A program made the position numbers and the translations under genes. Positions 1 through 10,057 of a DNA stretch of 64,000 nucleotides are shown in pieces. Source of the stretch: Candidatus Aceula meridiana (GTDB lineage: Bacteria > Omnitrophota > Gorgyraeia > Zapsychrales > Aceulaceae). The stretch covers positions 315,538-379,537 of the forward strand of contig JAVCDE010000024.1 in NCBI GenBank assembly GCA_030765185.1. The letters are read 5' to 3'. The notes under the pieces were generated by a model. It saw only the letters and a program-made list of their open reading frames with translations, searched no databases and was not told the DNA's origin. Each line of letters starts with the position of its first letter. The stretch's first letter is position 1.

Positions 1-84
1 ATACCCCCCTACCCTATGTCAAGTCTGTTTTTTAATCCCCTCCTTTTTTTAAGGAGGGGCATTTCCACAACTTTCTAAAATCTA

Positions 85-720
85 TTAATGATGACAACTA
101 CACTTCAAATCTTTTTTATTCTTTACAAATAACAACGGAAACGCAATATCACTCGCACAGCATGGTAGCCAAACTGCTAAAAACAAAAAAACGAAAATAG
201 AAATATACGCCAACAAGCTCAAAGGATTGCCGATAGCCATGATTACATGGAAAAGCGATGCCCATGTACTAATCAAAACATGCGCGCCGTGAGGAAATTT
301 TGTGTGAGGCCAAAAATATGCGATGCCGATACCTAAAAATGCCAAAGGATTGATCAGCCACCATCTTTCAATAAAGCCTACGTGCATTTCGCGATTTGGC
401 ATATTAAGAAGGGTCTCTCCTAGGTAAGGAATCACTGAGTCACTTAAGGTAGCAATGCCAACGGCGCCAACATATCCAATAAGAATAAGTGGTAAAATGT
501 GGCACTTTTTCCCGGACTCTGCGCATTTATGACGCCTGTACATTGCCGTCGTGGCAAGCGCGCTTAAAACAACATGCAAAGGATGCAAAACATAAAACGC
601 ATTATGCGCCATTTCCCGAGGCATGCCTTGAAAGAAAATCATTAGGGAAATGCCAAAAAGTGCACCGAATATTGTAAACGGTGCGTGGTGAGTCAACTCT
701 TCTTTAATTAATTTCCACAT
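85..720 (-). CDS. hypothetical polytopic membrane protein, His-rich (possible metal-binding/transport)
   Basis: 211-aa ORF; several hydrophobic segments; many conserved-looking His/Cys; no family recognised. Confidence 0.4.
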   Translation of the reverse strand: MWKLIKEELTHHAPFTIFGALFGISLMIFFQGMPREMAHNAFYVLHPLHVVLSALATTAMYRRHKCAESGKKCHILPLILIGYVGAVGIATLSDSVIPYLGETLLNMPNREMHVGFIERWWLINPLAFLGIGIAYFWPHTKFPHGAHVLISTWASLFHVIMAIGNPLSLLAYISIFVFLFLAVWLPCCASDIAFPLLFVKNKKDLKCSCHH

Positions 721-734
721 TTTTTAACCTTTTT

Positions 735-1391
735 TTAAAAACTAAGTTTTGTCTTAATACCCAGAACATTTGTCCCGTTCCATTCAGCGGAGGACGACTT
801 TGCTAACTGAAACATGTAAAAAAGCTCTCCCTTTACCGGACCAGCTATAGTGAACGTAACTCCTGTATAAATTCGATTGCGTGTAAACTCTGTGCTTTCC
901 GATTCAATAAAAATTTCATCTTCAATATAGGGCCGAATTTCAAATTTTGTCCATTTCCAGGGAAAACGCAAAGTTGTTTTATTGCGGTAACGAAACTTAT
1001 CTTCCATTTTCTCACCAATACGAAATTCAAAACGGCTTCTATTGGAAACATCAAAATCATCGATCTTTGTCTTTAGCGTTAGGTTAAAATGAGGACGATG
1101 CTCATAAGACCAAGTATTCTTTGACTGCGAATAGATACCGCGATAATTAACCCCAATATCTAGCCACTTGGCTAACCCAGAATAAACAATGCCGAGATCT
1201 GTATGGTTATAATAAAAATCGCTCGCATTATCTCCCCACCACATTTCATCCTCTAAAGACATTTTCCAGTTATCACTGATTTTCCAAGAGGCATTGTTGG
1301 TCTGCCAAATTTGAAAATCACCGTCATCATAAGCAAAAGCCAATGAAGCACAAATTAAAACAAAACTTAAAGTAAAAATAATTTTTTTCAT
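735..1391 (-). CDS. secreted/outer-membrane beta-barrel-like protein
   Basis: N-terminal signal peptide MKKIIFTLSFVLICASLAFA; alternating aromatic/polar pattern; C-terminal ...KLSF aromatic terminus typical of OM barrels. Confidence 0.4.
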   Translation of the reverse strand: MKKIIFTLSFVLICASLAFAYDDGDFQIWQTNNASWKISDNWKMSLEDEMWWGDNASDFYYNHTDLGIVYSGLAKWLDIGVNYRGIYSQSKNTWSYEHRPHFNLTLKTKIDDFDVSNRSRFEFRIGEKMEDKFRYRNKTTLRFPWKWTKFEIRPYIEDEIFIESESTEFTRNRIYTGVTFTIAGPVKGELFYMFQLAKSSSAEWNGTNVLGIKTKLSF

Positions 1392-1395
1392 TTTC

Positions 1396-1923
1396 TTAAC
1401 CCTTTCCTAATAAGATTCCTAGTATTCCAGCCCCCAAGATAATAAACGCCGGATGGATTTTTGTAAACAAAAAAAGCGCAAATGCTGCAACAACAATAGC
1501 CAAGTTTTTCCACTGCAACAATTCTGACACCTGAACTGTCTGAAACGCTACCGCAATAATCATGGCAAAAACCACAAGCTGAATCATGCTAAAAGCATTT
1601 TTAACAGAAGAAGATGTTTTGTAGTGGCTATATAGATAGGTCGCGACGATGATAAGAATAACTGGCGAGAGCATATTGGCAAAATTGGCAACAATAGCAC
1701 CGGGAACCCCTGCCATCTTGTAACCGGTATAGGTGGCAAATTTAATAGATATTGCACCTGGGAAGATTTTGACAATGCCTAGGACATCAAGAAATTCTTG
1801 CTTGGTCAGCCAGCCGTAGCGCTCGACTACTTCCTTTTGGATCAAAGGCAAAAACGAATACGCTCCGCCAATGGCGAAAAGGCCAATGCGCAAAAATGCC
1901 CCAAAAATCTGAAGCAAAACCAT
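1396..1923 (-). CDS. chromate transporter (CHR) family protein, short form
   Basis: 175 aa, ~5 TM; IGLFAIGGAYSFLPL...WLT..EF type motif typical of ChrA-family halves. Confidence 0.5.
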   Translation of the reverse strand: MVLLQIFGAFLRIGLFAIGGAYSFLPLIQKEVVERYGWLTKQEFLDVLGIVKIFPGAISIKFATYTGYKMAGVPGAIVANFANMLSPVILIIVATYLYSHYKTSSSVKNAFSMIQLVVFAMIIAVAFQTVQVSELLQWKNLAIVVAAFALFLFTKIHPAFIILGAGILGILLGKG

Positions 1924-1972
1924 AAAACTCTCTTTGTTTAATTTATTTTATAACTCGGGATTTCTAAAAAAA

Positions 1973-3487
1973 TTATAGTTTCTGCCAAGAAACAATGTCT
2001 AAAACCCAGCTTGAATCTGCCCCAATCATGCCGGGAGGAAGATGGTTGACTGTTTCCGGAACCTGATAAATATCAGGGACATTGCTCCCCATGTCAAAGA
2101 AATTTGAAACAATAGTGCCAATAACATCTGTTTGCTTGGTAACCTTAATAGTGTCCTCTGCATAAAAAATACCCATAATATCTAACTGAGATGCTGTGCC
2201 AATATTCATAGTTCCTGGCGTCATAAAGCCCATAATATTCGTAGGATAAGAATTATTACCAGGAGTGATTAAATCGACATCTATTTGGATGCTTCCTGTT
2301 GCCAAAATAGTCCCTTTTCCTGTGTATGTAATTGTTGTGTTACCACCCTTTTTGCTCATAAGAACATCATCTCCATCAACATAAATCCGACCATCGATTG
2401 TTAAATTGCCGGATCCATCCATACTGATACTGTTGGTTCCATCCGTATAGCTAAAAGAATCATTAGGCTGTATACCGCTTAATTCATCTGTTAAAATGAG
2501 TGCATTATCATGAAAATGTTCTTGAATCGTAAGACTAGGATCATCAGGATGCGGGTCAGAAAGGCTTGGAAAAACAATATCATCTCCTAAGTCATAAGGA
2601 GCTGCTGTTCCATTGTCTGAATGAACATTAAGTGCTCCTTTGTTTCCTCCCCATCCATCTGTTACGTAGACTCCATTAACTGTTTCTTTATCAAAATTCC
2701 CTGTAGCATCAACTTCGCCAACGCTAGAATCTCCGCTTAAGCCAACTAAACCATTTTTAACGCGAAGCTCTGCATTTAATGTCTCGACGGTTTCTCCATT
2801 AAAAGTTACAGTGTCTAAGGCAGGAACTTTTGCTTTTAGCGCAGCATCTAGTCCGCTATAACTATTTTTAACAAGTTCAGCGGTTCCACCTAAGTCAATG
2901 GCATAATCTCCAGGACCTAAGCCCTGTCCTAAAATAATAACAGACCCTGCAATATTAACTGTTCCATTAATCAAGCCTCCGCTATAGCCTGTTCCGGCAA
3001 AAATAGCATTGTCCCATGGAGAAACATTTGTCATCTTGGCGTAGATTTCAATCGTTGCAGTTTCATCGCCAAAGCTCCCTTGGGAACGTACCCAGATTTC
3101 TGCATCAGAAACATTTTTTAGCCATACTGTATATGAGCCCCCGTTAAAAGTTGTGTCAATGTATGGAAAAACATAAAAATTATTTGTATCCGGAGTAACG
3201 GCATAGCCATTAATATCTGCATCCCATGCCGGAAAGCTGTCATTTAAATAATCTTGTCGAAGGTCGTAGATGGCTCTTTCAACGCCAGCTTCTGCGATAT
3301 AAAATGCCGTTGCTTCTAGCCTCTGCCGTTCGGCTGTACGAAGCTCATGAGTGGCCATGAGCATTAAGGCTGCGCCAAGCCCCAACAAAACAATAATAAC
3401 AAAATATGAGATAAGAAGAATGCTTCCCTTGTTACTTTTTAATCTCTTAAAAATTTGTGGCCTCTTATGTGTTATTCTCATAATCAA
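1973..3487 (-). CDS. PilX-like pilus assembly protein (N-terminal TM, large extracellular domain)
   Basis: N-terminal hydrophobic helix ILLISYFVIIVLLGLGAALMLMATHELRTAERQR resembling PilX_N; first gene of a pilin cluster; Gly/Asp/Thr-rich body. Confidence 0.45.
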   Translation of the reverse strand: MIMRITHKRPQIFKRLKSNKGSILLISYFVIIVLLGLGAALMLMATHELRTAERQRLEATAFYIAEAGVERAIYDLRQDYLNDSFPAWDADINGYAVTPDTNNFYVFPYIDTTFNGGSYTVWLKNVSDAEIWVRSQGSFGDETATIEIYAKMTNVSPWDNAIFAGTGYSGGLINGTVNIAGSVIILGQGLGPGDYAIDLGGTAELVKNSYSGLDAALKAKVPALDTVTFNGETVETLNAELRVKNGLVGLSGDSSVGEVDATGNFDKETVNGVYVTDGWGGNKGALNVHSDNGTAAPYDLGDDIVFPSLSDPHPDDPSLTIQEHFHDNALILTDELSGIQPNDSFSYTDGTNSISMDGSGNLTIDGRIYVDGDDVLMSKKGGNTTITYTGKGTILATGSIQIDVDLITPGNNSYPTNIMGFMTPGTMNIGTASQLDIMGIFYAEDTIKVTKQTDVIGTIVSNFFDMGSNVPDIYQVPETVNHLPPGMIGADSSWVLDIVSWQKL

Positions 3488-4074
3488 TTCCTCAACTTTA
3501 CTTGAAAGCTTAGCTGATAAGACAAAGGCGTTCCTTTAATATCAGCTGTCTGCCCGGTTAAAGCAACCTCAAGAATATCTGAAGCTGCGACTTGCCTTGT
3601 AAATTGTAAAGTTTGAACATTTTGAGCAATAACTTTTATATCTGCCCCTTTTCTTCGCAAAAGCTGTGTGCCATCCGTCCCCCCTAAACAAAAAGTAATT
3701 CTATCGCTATCCCAGACAATATTTCCACCTGAAACAGTACTTGGAATTTGAAATGTAATTGTCGTGTATGCTGCGCCGGTAGCTGGTACATCGAGGATAG
3801 AGGATGGCCCTGCTTGGATAAGGTCATACTTCATCCATTCCATAGCTTTTCTAAGTTCGCTCTGCAGTCCAATCTGAGCACTATTGACCTGCCAAGAATT
3901 TTGGCCTGCCGAAGCAGAAAGGTAAAGCGCGCCAGCAACTAATAAAAATAGCAAAACCGTTACCATAACTTCTACCAACGAAAGCCCCTGCCGATTTTTT
4001 ATTCGCTTTAAACTGTTTAACCCTATTTTTCTCTTCATCATGCGTCTCTCCTTAAAAATACTATCTTTTCGCAA
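3484..4074 (-). CDS. prepilin-type N-terminal cleavage/methylation domain protein (pseudopilin)
   Basis: QGLSLVEVMVTVLLFLLVAG matches G-[FL]-[ST]-L-[IV]-E prepilin motif followed by hydrophobic helix; 4-nt overlap with upstream gene. Confidence 0.55.
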   Translation of the reverse strand: MRKDSIFKERRMMKRKIGLNSLKRIKNRQGLSLVEVMVTVLLFLLVAGALYLSASAGQNSWQVNSAQIGLQSELRKAMEWMKYDLIQAGPSSILDVPATGAAYTTITFQIPSTVSGGNIVWDSDRITFCLGGTDGTQLLRRKGADIKVIAQNVQTLQFTRQVAASDILEVALTGQTADIKGTPLSYQLSFQVKLRN

Positions 4075-4525
4075 CCATGCTTACCAAGCTTGCAATCGAA
4101 TCAATTTCATTATTTTCTTCTCCGGGCGTATCTTCTCCGGCATCTAAAGCACCGTTTAAATTAGCGTCTTCCCCGATAATTCTTCCATATTTATCTTCCC
4201 AGCAGACAACAGCTTTAACAATTAACAACTCGGCATTAGTTGAGTCAATATAAACCACTCCGGAAGAAGTAAGGTTGCTAACCGTAAACGCATTACCCGG
4301 GGTTCCGCCAGCGGCGTAATCAGCTACAATATCATCAAAGCTATGATTACGGATTTCTTCGATTTTATCTTGGGCAGCGCTTAAAGCTAAGGTTTTATCT
4401 GCAGCGATGGCTGCTGATTCAGAGGAGAAAATAAAAATTTTTAGCATGCCGACAACCACAACCGCCAAAATTGCGGCAACAATCATAAGCTCTACAAGCG
4501 TAAAACCCTGTCTACTGTTCTTCAT
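4061..4525 (-). CDS. type IV pilin-like protein (prepilin)
   Basis: N-terminus MKNSRQGFTLVELMIVAAILAVV is a canonical type IV prepilin leader/cleavage site; GGGAGG SD 8 nt upstream. Confidence 0.65.
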   Translation of the reverse strand: MKNSRQGFTLVELMIVAAILAVVVVGMLKIFIFSSESAAIAADKTLALSAAQDKIEEIRNHSFDDIVADYAAGGTPGNAFTVSNLTSSGVVYIDSTNAELLIVKAVVCWEDKYGRIIGEDANLNGALDAGEDTPGEENNEIDSIASLVSMVAKR

Positions 4526-4720
4526 CTTGTCCTCCCAAGCAAAAAGCCTATTCTTCTATCAATCCTTAGAATAGGCCCGGAGTTGTGTGCGTTAAGGCAA
4601 CTTCTTTCAAGGGCCTTTTACCGATTTTTAACCGGCTTCGCATCACCCCCCTCCACTTAAAGTATAGAACATTTTTACTTTAAAAGCCTCTTTTCCTCAT
4701 CAAGGCTTATCAGAGGGAAA

Positions 4721-5431
4721 CTAGCGATAACTTTCGTTTGTTACAATATTTCCGTTTTTATCAAAAACCTTTTCAGCGACGAGACGGCCAGTGTTATCAT
4801 ACGATTTAGCATATCCGCCCTGGTCTTGATTTGTTAAACTCCACTCATATTTTAAAGCACCGTTTCTATAATAAACTTTTCCGGCGCCGGCCTCAGAATT
4901 ATCTGTCATCCACATAGCATCTCGAAAATCCTGTTCCATGCGCAGAATTCCATCAGAATAATATTCTTTATGCGTTTGAAGCGTTCCTTGAAGGTAGGAG
5001 CTCTCGTACTTCAGCTGACCGCTGTTATAGTATTCGTATCGCATCCCGTCTCTCTTGCCTCGGCGGTAACGCTCTACACCGTGGGTATTCTTAGTCTCGT
5101 TCTTAAATTCTACTTTCCCATCCGGAATACTTTCCGTACAATCATAAACTTTGTGTTGAGTTGTTTTACATTGGGCAATTTCTTCACCATCGTCAAAAAA
5201 CCGGGCAAAATAAAAAACCCGATTAGGATCCAGATGAAGCAAAGACGTCATCTTTCCCGTCATTTTCTTTTTCGGCGCTTTCTTTTCCGGCTGAACAACA
5301 ACAGGCATCTGAACAGGAGCTGAGAGTTCAGAGTCTTTAGACGGCTGCATAATGCTCTTGTTGATATAGCTCATTAGCACAATGCCGCTAACGATAAGGA
5401 CGCCAATAATAATTCGAGATTCTTTTTTCAA
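4721..5431 (-). CDS. MORN/YwqK-like repeat protein with N-terminal TM anchor
   Basis: repeated Y(Y/E)xNGxLKYE / YYSDGILR motifs characteristic of MORN-variant (YwqK-type) repeats; N-terminal hydrophobic helix. Confidence 0.45.
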   Translation of the reverse strand: MKKESRIIIGVLIVSGIVLMSYINKSIMQPSKDSELSAPVQMPVVVQPEKKAPKKKMTGKMTSLLHLDPNRVFYFARFFDDGEEIAQCKTTQHKVYDCTESIPDGKVEFKNETKNTHGVERYRRGKRDGMRYEYYNSGQLKYESSYLQGTLQTHKEYYSDGILRMEQDFRDAMWMTDNSEAGAGKVYYRNGALKYEWSLTNQDQGGYAKSYDNTGRLVAEKVFDKNGNIVTNESYR

Positions 5432-5588
5432 AAAGTAACCTTATTTTATTCGTTTCCTATTAAACGGTTAGGTAAATTTTAACCTTAACGCATTCTAAAA
5501 AATCCTAAATAAGCTCCTAATGCTGATTTGACAAAAATCACTAACTTATAACTAGCAAATTTCGTTAAGGGCCAGTATATCAAAAAAC

Positions 5589-6038
5589 ATGTTGTTTTTC
5601 ATTAAGATTCTATATAATAACTTTATGCACATTTTAGACATTACAACCCGATGTCGCGAAGAAACCGTTGACATAACCTCTGACATACAAAGATTTCTTG
5701 ATGACAATAAATTTAAATCAGGAGTGGTGGTGGTTACCTCGCCTCATACAACCGCCGGTATCACAGTCAATGAAAATGCTGATCCAGATGTCAGGCGCGA
5801 TATCCTATCGTTTTTTAAAAAAGCTATTCCTCAAAATCAAGGATTTGCCCACGTGGAAGGAAATTCTGATGCCCATATTAAAGGAAGTCTTGTTGGCTTT
5901 TCACAAACTTTTATTGTGGAAAATGGAAAGCTGCATCTTGGCACTTGGCAGGGAGTCTATTTTATGGAGTTTGACGGTCCCCGCCAAAGGCATGTTTGGC
6001 TAAAATTTCTTAGCGAAAAATTGGAACCCCAAGACTAA
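5589..6038 (+). CDS. yjbQ: YjbQ/UPF0047 family protein (secondary thiamine-phosphate synthase-like)
   Basis: VDITSDIQ...GVVVVTSPHTTAGITVNENADPDVRRD...HVEGNSDAHIKGSLVG...GTWQGVYFMEFDGPR motifs; true start may be the internal Met (5625). Confidence 0.7.
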   Translation: MLFFIKILYNNFMHILDITTRCREETVDITSDIQRFLDDNKFKSGVVVVTSPHTTAGITVNENADPDVRRDILSFFKKAIPQNQGFAHVEGNSDAHIKGSLVGFSQTFIVENGKLHLGTWQGVYFMEFDGPRQRHVWLKFLSEKLEPQD

Positions 6039-6183
6039 AGCTGCTACACACTCTCGGTATTCTACTTCGCTCAAAATCTTTTTAGGATTATCAGACAAAG
6101 AAGGGCGAACATCCTTCAAAACAGAAAACATTTCCACGGTCCTTTGTGCTCATGTTTTCTACGGAAAAAAAGTCGTTTCTTCC

Positions 6184-6720
6184 TTATTCAATCCCAACAA
6201 TCTCAATATCAAACAATAATTCTTTGCCAGCTAAAGGATGATTAAAGTCTAAAACAACTGTTTCATCTTTAACCTCCGTAATGGTTCCATTTAAAGTTTT
6301 ACCATCCGGTGTCTGCATCTGAAGCATCATTCCTTTTTGCGGCTCTTGTTCCTGTGGCATGTTCGCCTTCGGAACTTCGGCAAATGCATCAGGGTTAACA
6401 GCACCATAGGCTTCTTCAGGGCTCACAGTAACAGTTTTCTTATCACCAACTTTAAGCCCGACAAGTTGTTTCTCTAGTCCCGGAATAATTGCTCCCTGGC
6501 CTTGCGTGTATTCTAAAGGCTCACGCCCTTCTGAAGAATCAACAATTTCACCGTTAACTTTAAGCGTGTATTCCATCTTTACCTTTTTTCCATCTTCAAT
6601 CATGACATCTGCCCCCTTTGCAATAGTTGTTGCCGCAAGCAAAAACGCCACCAGAATACCTAAGGTTATTCTTTTCATGGTTTCTCCTTTTAATGAGTGC
6701 CTGATTTGTGGAACCGGCAA
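6184..6720 (-). CDS. FKBP-type peptidyl-prolyl cis-trans isomerase (periplasmic)
   Basis: signal peptide then FKBP core (MEYTLKVNGEIVDSS...EPLEYTQGQG.IIPGLEKQLVGLKVGDKKTVTV.PEEAYG). Confidence 0.7.
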   Translation of the reverse strand: MPVPQIRHSLKGETMKRITLGILVAFLLAATTIAKGADVMIEDGKKVKMEYTLKVNGEIVDSSEGREPLEYTQGQGAIIPGLEKQLVGLKVGDKKTVTVSPEEAYGAVNPDAFAEVPKANMPQEQEPQKGMMLQMQTPDGKTLNGTITEVKDETVVLDFNHPLAGKELLFDIEIVGIE

Positions 6721-6989
6721 GCCTTAAACGACGTCAAATCAGTGCACGAATTAATCCTGTTTTTTGCAAAGCGAAAAATCAGGATACATCTTTTTTATTA
6801 ATTCTTGTTTTAATACAAATAAAAAAACGCAAGATAATCATTCTCACCTTGTAGCAAAAATTTCTTGACCTTTTAGAATAAAATCTGTTTAATTTGAGTT
6901 ATTATGCTTTATTTTATTTTTGAAGTCAAATAAAAACTAACACAAAAACAAGATACCCGCTTATCTTTCCTCTAAGAAAATTCTTAATC

Positions 6990-7352
6990 TTATTCTTTAG
7001 ATTCTACTTTATTTTCTGGAATAACAATCGAAGCCTTCTTAATCCCGCCTTTGCTGCAATATACCTTGACAAAAATAGTGTCCCCTTCTTTGGCATCAAA
7101 TGGGATGGCTTCAATAACTTCCCGAGGTTTTTGCTGTCTTCTATAATTAAAAACAACTGGATCCCCTTCTTCTTCGGTGACCCAAATTTCTTTAATATAA
7201 TGCTGATTACGATTTGTAGATACAACATGAATCATGCTTACCGTAAGAGTCTTTAATTTCATATCATAACTAAGCGTCATCTCAATCGGAGGATGAGCAA
7301 AAGCCGAGGAAGAGATCAACATAATGACTAAAAAAATAAATAATTTTTTCAT
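6990..7352 (-). CDS. hypothetical secreted protein
   Basis: 120 aa with signal peptide MKKLFIFLVIMLISSSAFA; no family recognised. Confidence 0.35.
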   Translation of the reverse strand: MKKLFIFLVIMLISSSAFAHPPIEMTLSYDMKLKTLTVSMIHVVSTNRNQHYIKEIWVTEEEGDPVVFNYRRQQKPREVIEAIPFDAKEGDTIFVKVYCSKGGIKKASIVIPENKVESKE

Positions 7353-7355
7353 ACT

Positions 7356-8051
7356 CTACGGAAGGACCTTTTCTCCTCTTAGAATAGGAGGTATCTCCGA
7401 CGTATCAATACGAATCCCACCATCATGCTCGATCTTTAAAGTATAAAGAATGCCTGGGATAAATTTTGTACCTGGAGCCTCAATTTGAGCATTCTTAATG
7501 CCTTCCCGAGAAGCCTTTTTCGAATTAAGCGCATAATCCCAAAACTCGCTCCAAATTTTTTCTTCAAAGGTGCTATGCGCTCCTTTGACTTTATACCCTT
7601 GCGGGATTTGATTGACCGGCGTGATAACATATTCTCTTGTGTTGGCACCGTCTAAAACAAAAACCTTCCAAAAAAGATAAACACTTTTACCGCGCAACGC
7701 ATTTCCCTCGACGATAAACTTATCAGCAAAGCGAGCCACCAAAGATTGAAATTGAATAATATTACTTTGAAATGTAAAGTAACGTGGAACAAGCGGCTGC
7801 CCCAAGCTATCAAATTCAAGAAATTTTATTGTAGTATCATGACTTTGCGTAATAGGATTATATAATACATCTGTTACTAAAACTTCGGCGATACGTGAAT
7901 CGCCTTGAAGACGCACAATCATCTGTTTTAAAATTTCTTTTTCATAAACAAGCTTCATATAGGCTTGATAGCCAAAATAAGCTATCGCTGCAATAAGCAG
8001 TAACGACACAAAAAACTTAATTCTTTTAAAAGAAACTTTTGTTTTTTTCAT
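7356..8051 (-). CDS. hypothetical membrane-anchored protein
   Basis: 231 aa; N-terminal TM helix; 4-nt spacing to downstream gene suggests operon. Confidence 0.35.
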   Translation of the reverse strand: MKKTKVSFKRIKFFVSLLLIAAIAYFGYQAYMKLVYEKEILKQMIVRLQGDSRIAEVLVTDVLYNPITQSHDTTIKFLEFDSLGQPLVPRYFTFQSNIIQFQSLVARFADKFIVEGNALRGKSVYLFWKVFVLDGANTREYVITPVNQIPQGYKVKGAHSTFEEKIWSEFWDYALNSKKASREGIKNAQIEAPGTKFIPGILYTLKIEHDGGIRIDTSEIPPILRGEKVLP

Positions 8052-8405
8052 CTTCTTGTGGCCTTTTATCTGTTTTGATTATTATTCTACCTCTGAAAAA
8101 TAGGGCAAGAAGGTTTATTGATGCCCGACGATGGTAGTGAATACCGAAGAATTTCTTAAGAAAAGCACTCAAGGAAGAGATACTAATTGCTGAGAAAAAA
8201 GAATATCCCCCTTAAAAGCTCAAGCGCTTGACTTACTTCCCGATTTGTGAAATTCCGTAAGCAGCACCGGCTGCCATGGCTGCGCTTAAAATCACACACC
8301 CAGAATTAAAAAGTAGCACTGCCACAATAAATACCATATAGATCGCTTTTCGAAACACTGACTCCTCCTATTTTTTAAATATTATTTTATACTCTAATAA
8401 TTGTT

Positions 8406-9581
8406 TTACTCGCCACCAAACCGATATGTTGCTGATAACATTAAAGCGTAAGACCTCCAAATTACTTCATTAAGCTGTGTATCAACAACAGCTCCGTTAG
8501 AAAAATAAACCCTATCTAAACCCTTATCAGCTTTCCAAAAGTTTAAATCCCCAGTTATCCCTGCGGTCCATGAATCGTTCACCTCGTATTCAGCGCCAAA
8601 AGAAATAACCATTCCAGTCCCTTTAGTCTCATGGATATAGCTAACCGGATGCTGAAAATCGCTTCGCAAATTCCAATCAGCCTCAGCATAATAGTCTGCC
8701 CAATGATATTCAAATCTTGAAAAGCCTTTAAACTTTTCACGAGAACCAAACAATTCAATGCCGGCCCAAGGCCCCGTCCATCGCGATTGATAAGTACTGT
8801 CTAAGCCATCGAAACCCCCCGACGCTGGTATCGTCTGGGAACCATCTGTCATGCGTAAATTTTGCTCATGATGTGAATATCCCCCTAAGACTGCGACTCC
8901 TAAATCTTCTGTCAAGAAATCCTCCCATCCTTCAATAGCTCCGACCTGAAACTGCAAGCCGCCTCCTAAAGAAAAATCCATAACATTATCGCCGTTTGAA
9001 GTATTATTTGACCGTGAAAATTCCCACCCTCGGTCATCTAGATAATAATCCGAATCTTGATTCTCTCCATTTAAAATCCACCCATAGTCAAAAGAACCCT
9101 CGAGACGAAAATTCTTATTTAAAATTACTTTAGCCTCTGTACCAATTTGATAAATCCATAAATCTGACCAAGTCAACTCTGATAAAATATTTGGATTTTG
9201 TCCATTTGTATCTCCGGCGATACTCCACCGAAGGTAATCATAGCGCATACCAGAATTCATATTAAACTGAAATTCAATCCAATCTAGATCATTCTTAATC
9301 ATTTCTTTCTTATATTTTTCTCTTTCATAAACCGGCTTAATTCCCATGCCTTCACGTTTAGGCACGACAACGGAATGCGTACTCGTAACGGCAAGCGTAG
9401 AGTAGGATTTCTTTTGATTAAGTCCTTCAACACCATCAAGCATTTGATTAACTGCTTTATTTTTGGCAATTTCTCGAGAAGGTAAATATCCGCCTTGGTA
9501 ATTCGAAGCAAAAACATCACTTGAAATAAGGCAAAAAAAGACAGCTAAACCTATGCATAATATATAAATATACTTAGGCAT
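8406..9581 (-). CDS. hypothetical secreted/outer-membrane protein (beta-rich)
   Basis: 391 aa; signal peptide; W/Y/G/D-rich alternating pattern suggesting beta-barrel. Confidence 0.35.
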   Translation of the reverse strand: MPKYIYILCIGLAVFFCLISSDVFASNYQGGYLPSREIAKNKAVNQMLDGVEGLNQKKSYSTLAVTSTHSVVVPKREGMGIKPVYEREKYKKEMIKNDLDWIEFQFNMNSGMRYDYLRWSIAGDTNGQNPNILSELTWSDLWIYQIGTEAKVILNKNFRLEGSFDYGWILNGENQDSDYYLDDRGWEFSRSNNTSNGDNVMDFSLGGGLQFQVGAIEGWEDFLTEDLGVAVLGGYSHHEQNLRMTDGSQTIPASGGFDGLDSTYQSRWTGPWAGIELFGSREKFKGFSRFEYHWADYYAEADWNLRSDFQHPVSYIHETKGTGMVISFGAEYEVNDSWTAGITGDLNFWKADKGLDRVYFSNGAVVDTQLNEVIWRSYALMLSATYRFGGE

Positions 9582-9655
9582 ATTTTTATTTTATAGACAA
9601 AAACAACGAAGGGCAAGGTAATAAAGGGATTTTTTCAAAAAAAATAAAGAAAACA

Positions 9656-9696
9656 ATAAAAGCACGCTTATATTAGCGTGCTTTTATTGTTTTTCT
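9656..9696. terminator. bidirectional Rho-independent terminator
   Basis: AGCACGC-ttatatta-GCGTGCT hairpin flanked by A-run on the left and TTTTATTGTTTTT on the right; lies between cupin gene end and next gene. Confidence 0.6.
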
Positions 9697-9709
9697 GGTC
9701 ATTCTCTTA

Positions 9710-10036
9710 TTATTCTTTAATCATCGTTAAAACCATTTTAAACCTTTCAATAGCTTTAACAGCATGCGGATCATTAGCCGGCATGATAATTACTTGATTC
9801 TCTTTGACAATATAAGATTTGCCGTTGATTAAAATCTCTGCCTGTCCATCAACCACTTGAACCATGGCATCAAAAGGCGCGCTATGCTCGCTTAATGCCT
9901 GGCCTTTATCAAAAGCAAAGACCGTAACAGTCCCAACGGACTTATCAATAACGGTTTTACTAACGACTGAACCTGCCTGATAATCAATCACATCTTTAAA
10001 ACATAAAACTTTTGATTTTAAATTCTCATCTGTCAT
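9710..10036 (-). CDS. cupin domain protein
   Basis: 108 aa; VVDGQAEILINGKSYIVKENQVIIMPANDPHAVKA cupin_2-type motif; immediately downstream of hcp. Confidence 0.65.
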   Translation of the reverse strand: MTDENLKSKVLCFKDVIDYQAGSVVSKTVIDKSVGTVTVFAFDKGQALSEHSAPFDAMVQVVDGQAEILINGKSYIVKENQVIIMPANDPHAVKAIERFKMVLTMIKE

Positions 10037-10057
10037 AGCGTTTCCCTTCTTAAAGAA

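Noticed and set aside
4526-4720. Sigma54 (-24/-12) promoter upstream of the pilin gene
   Set aside because: No GG-N10-GC arrangement with correct spacing was found.
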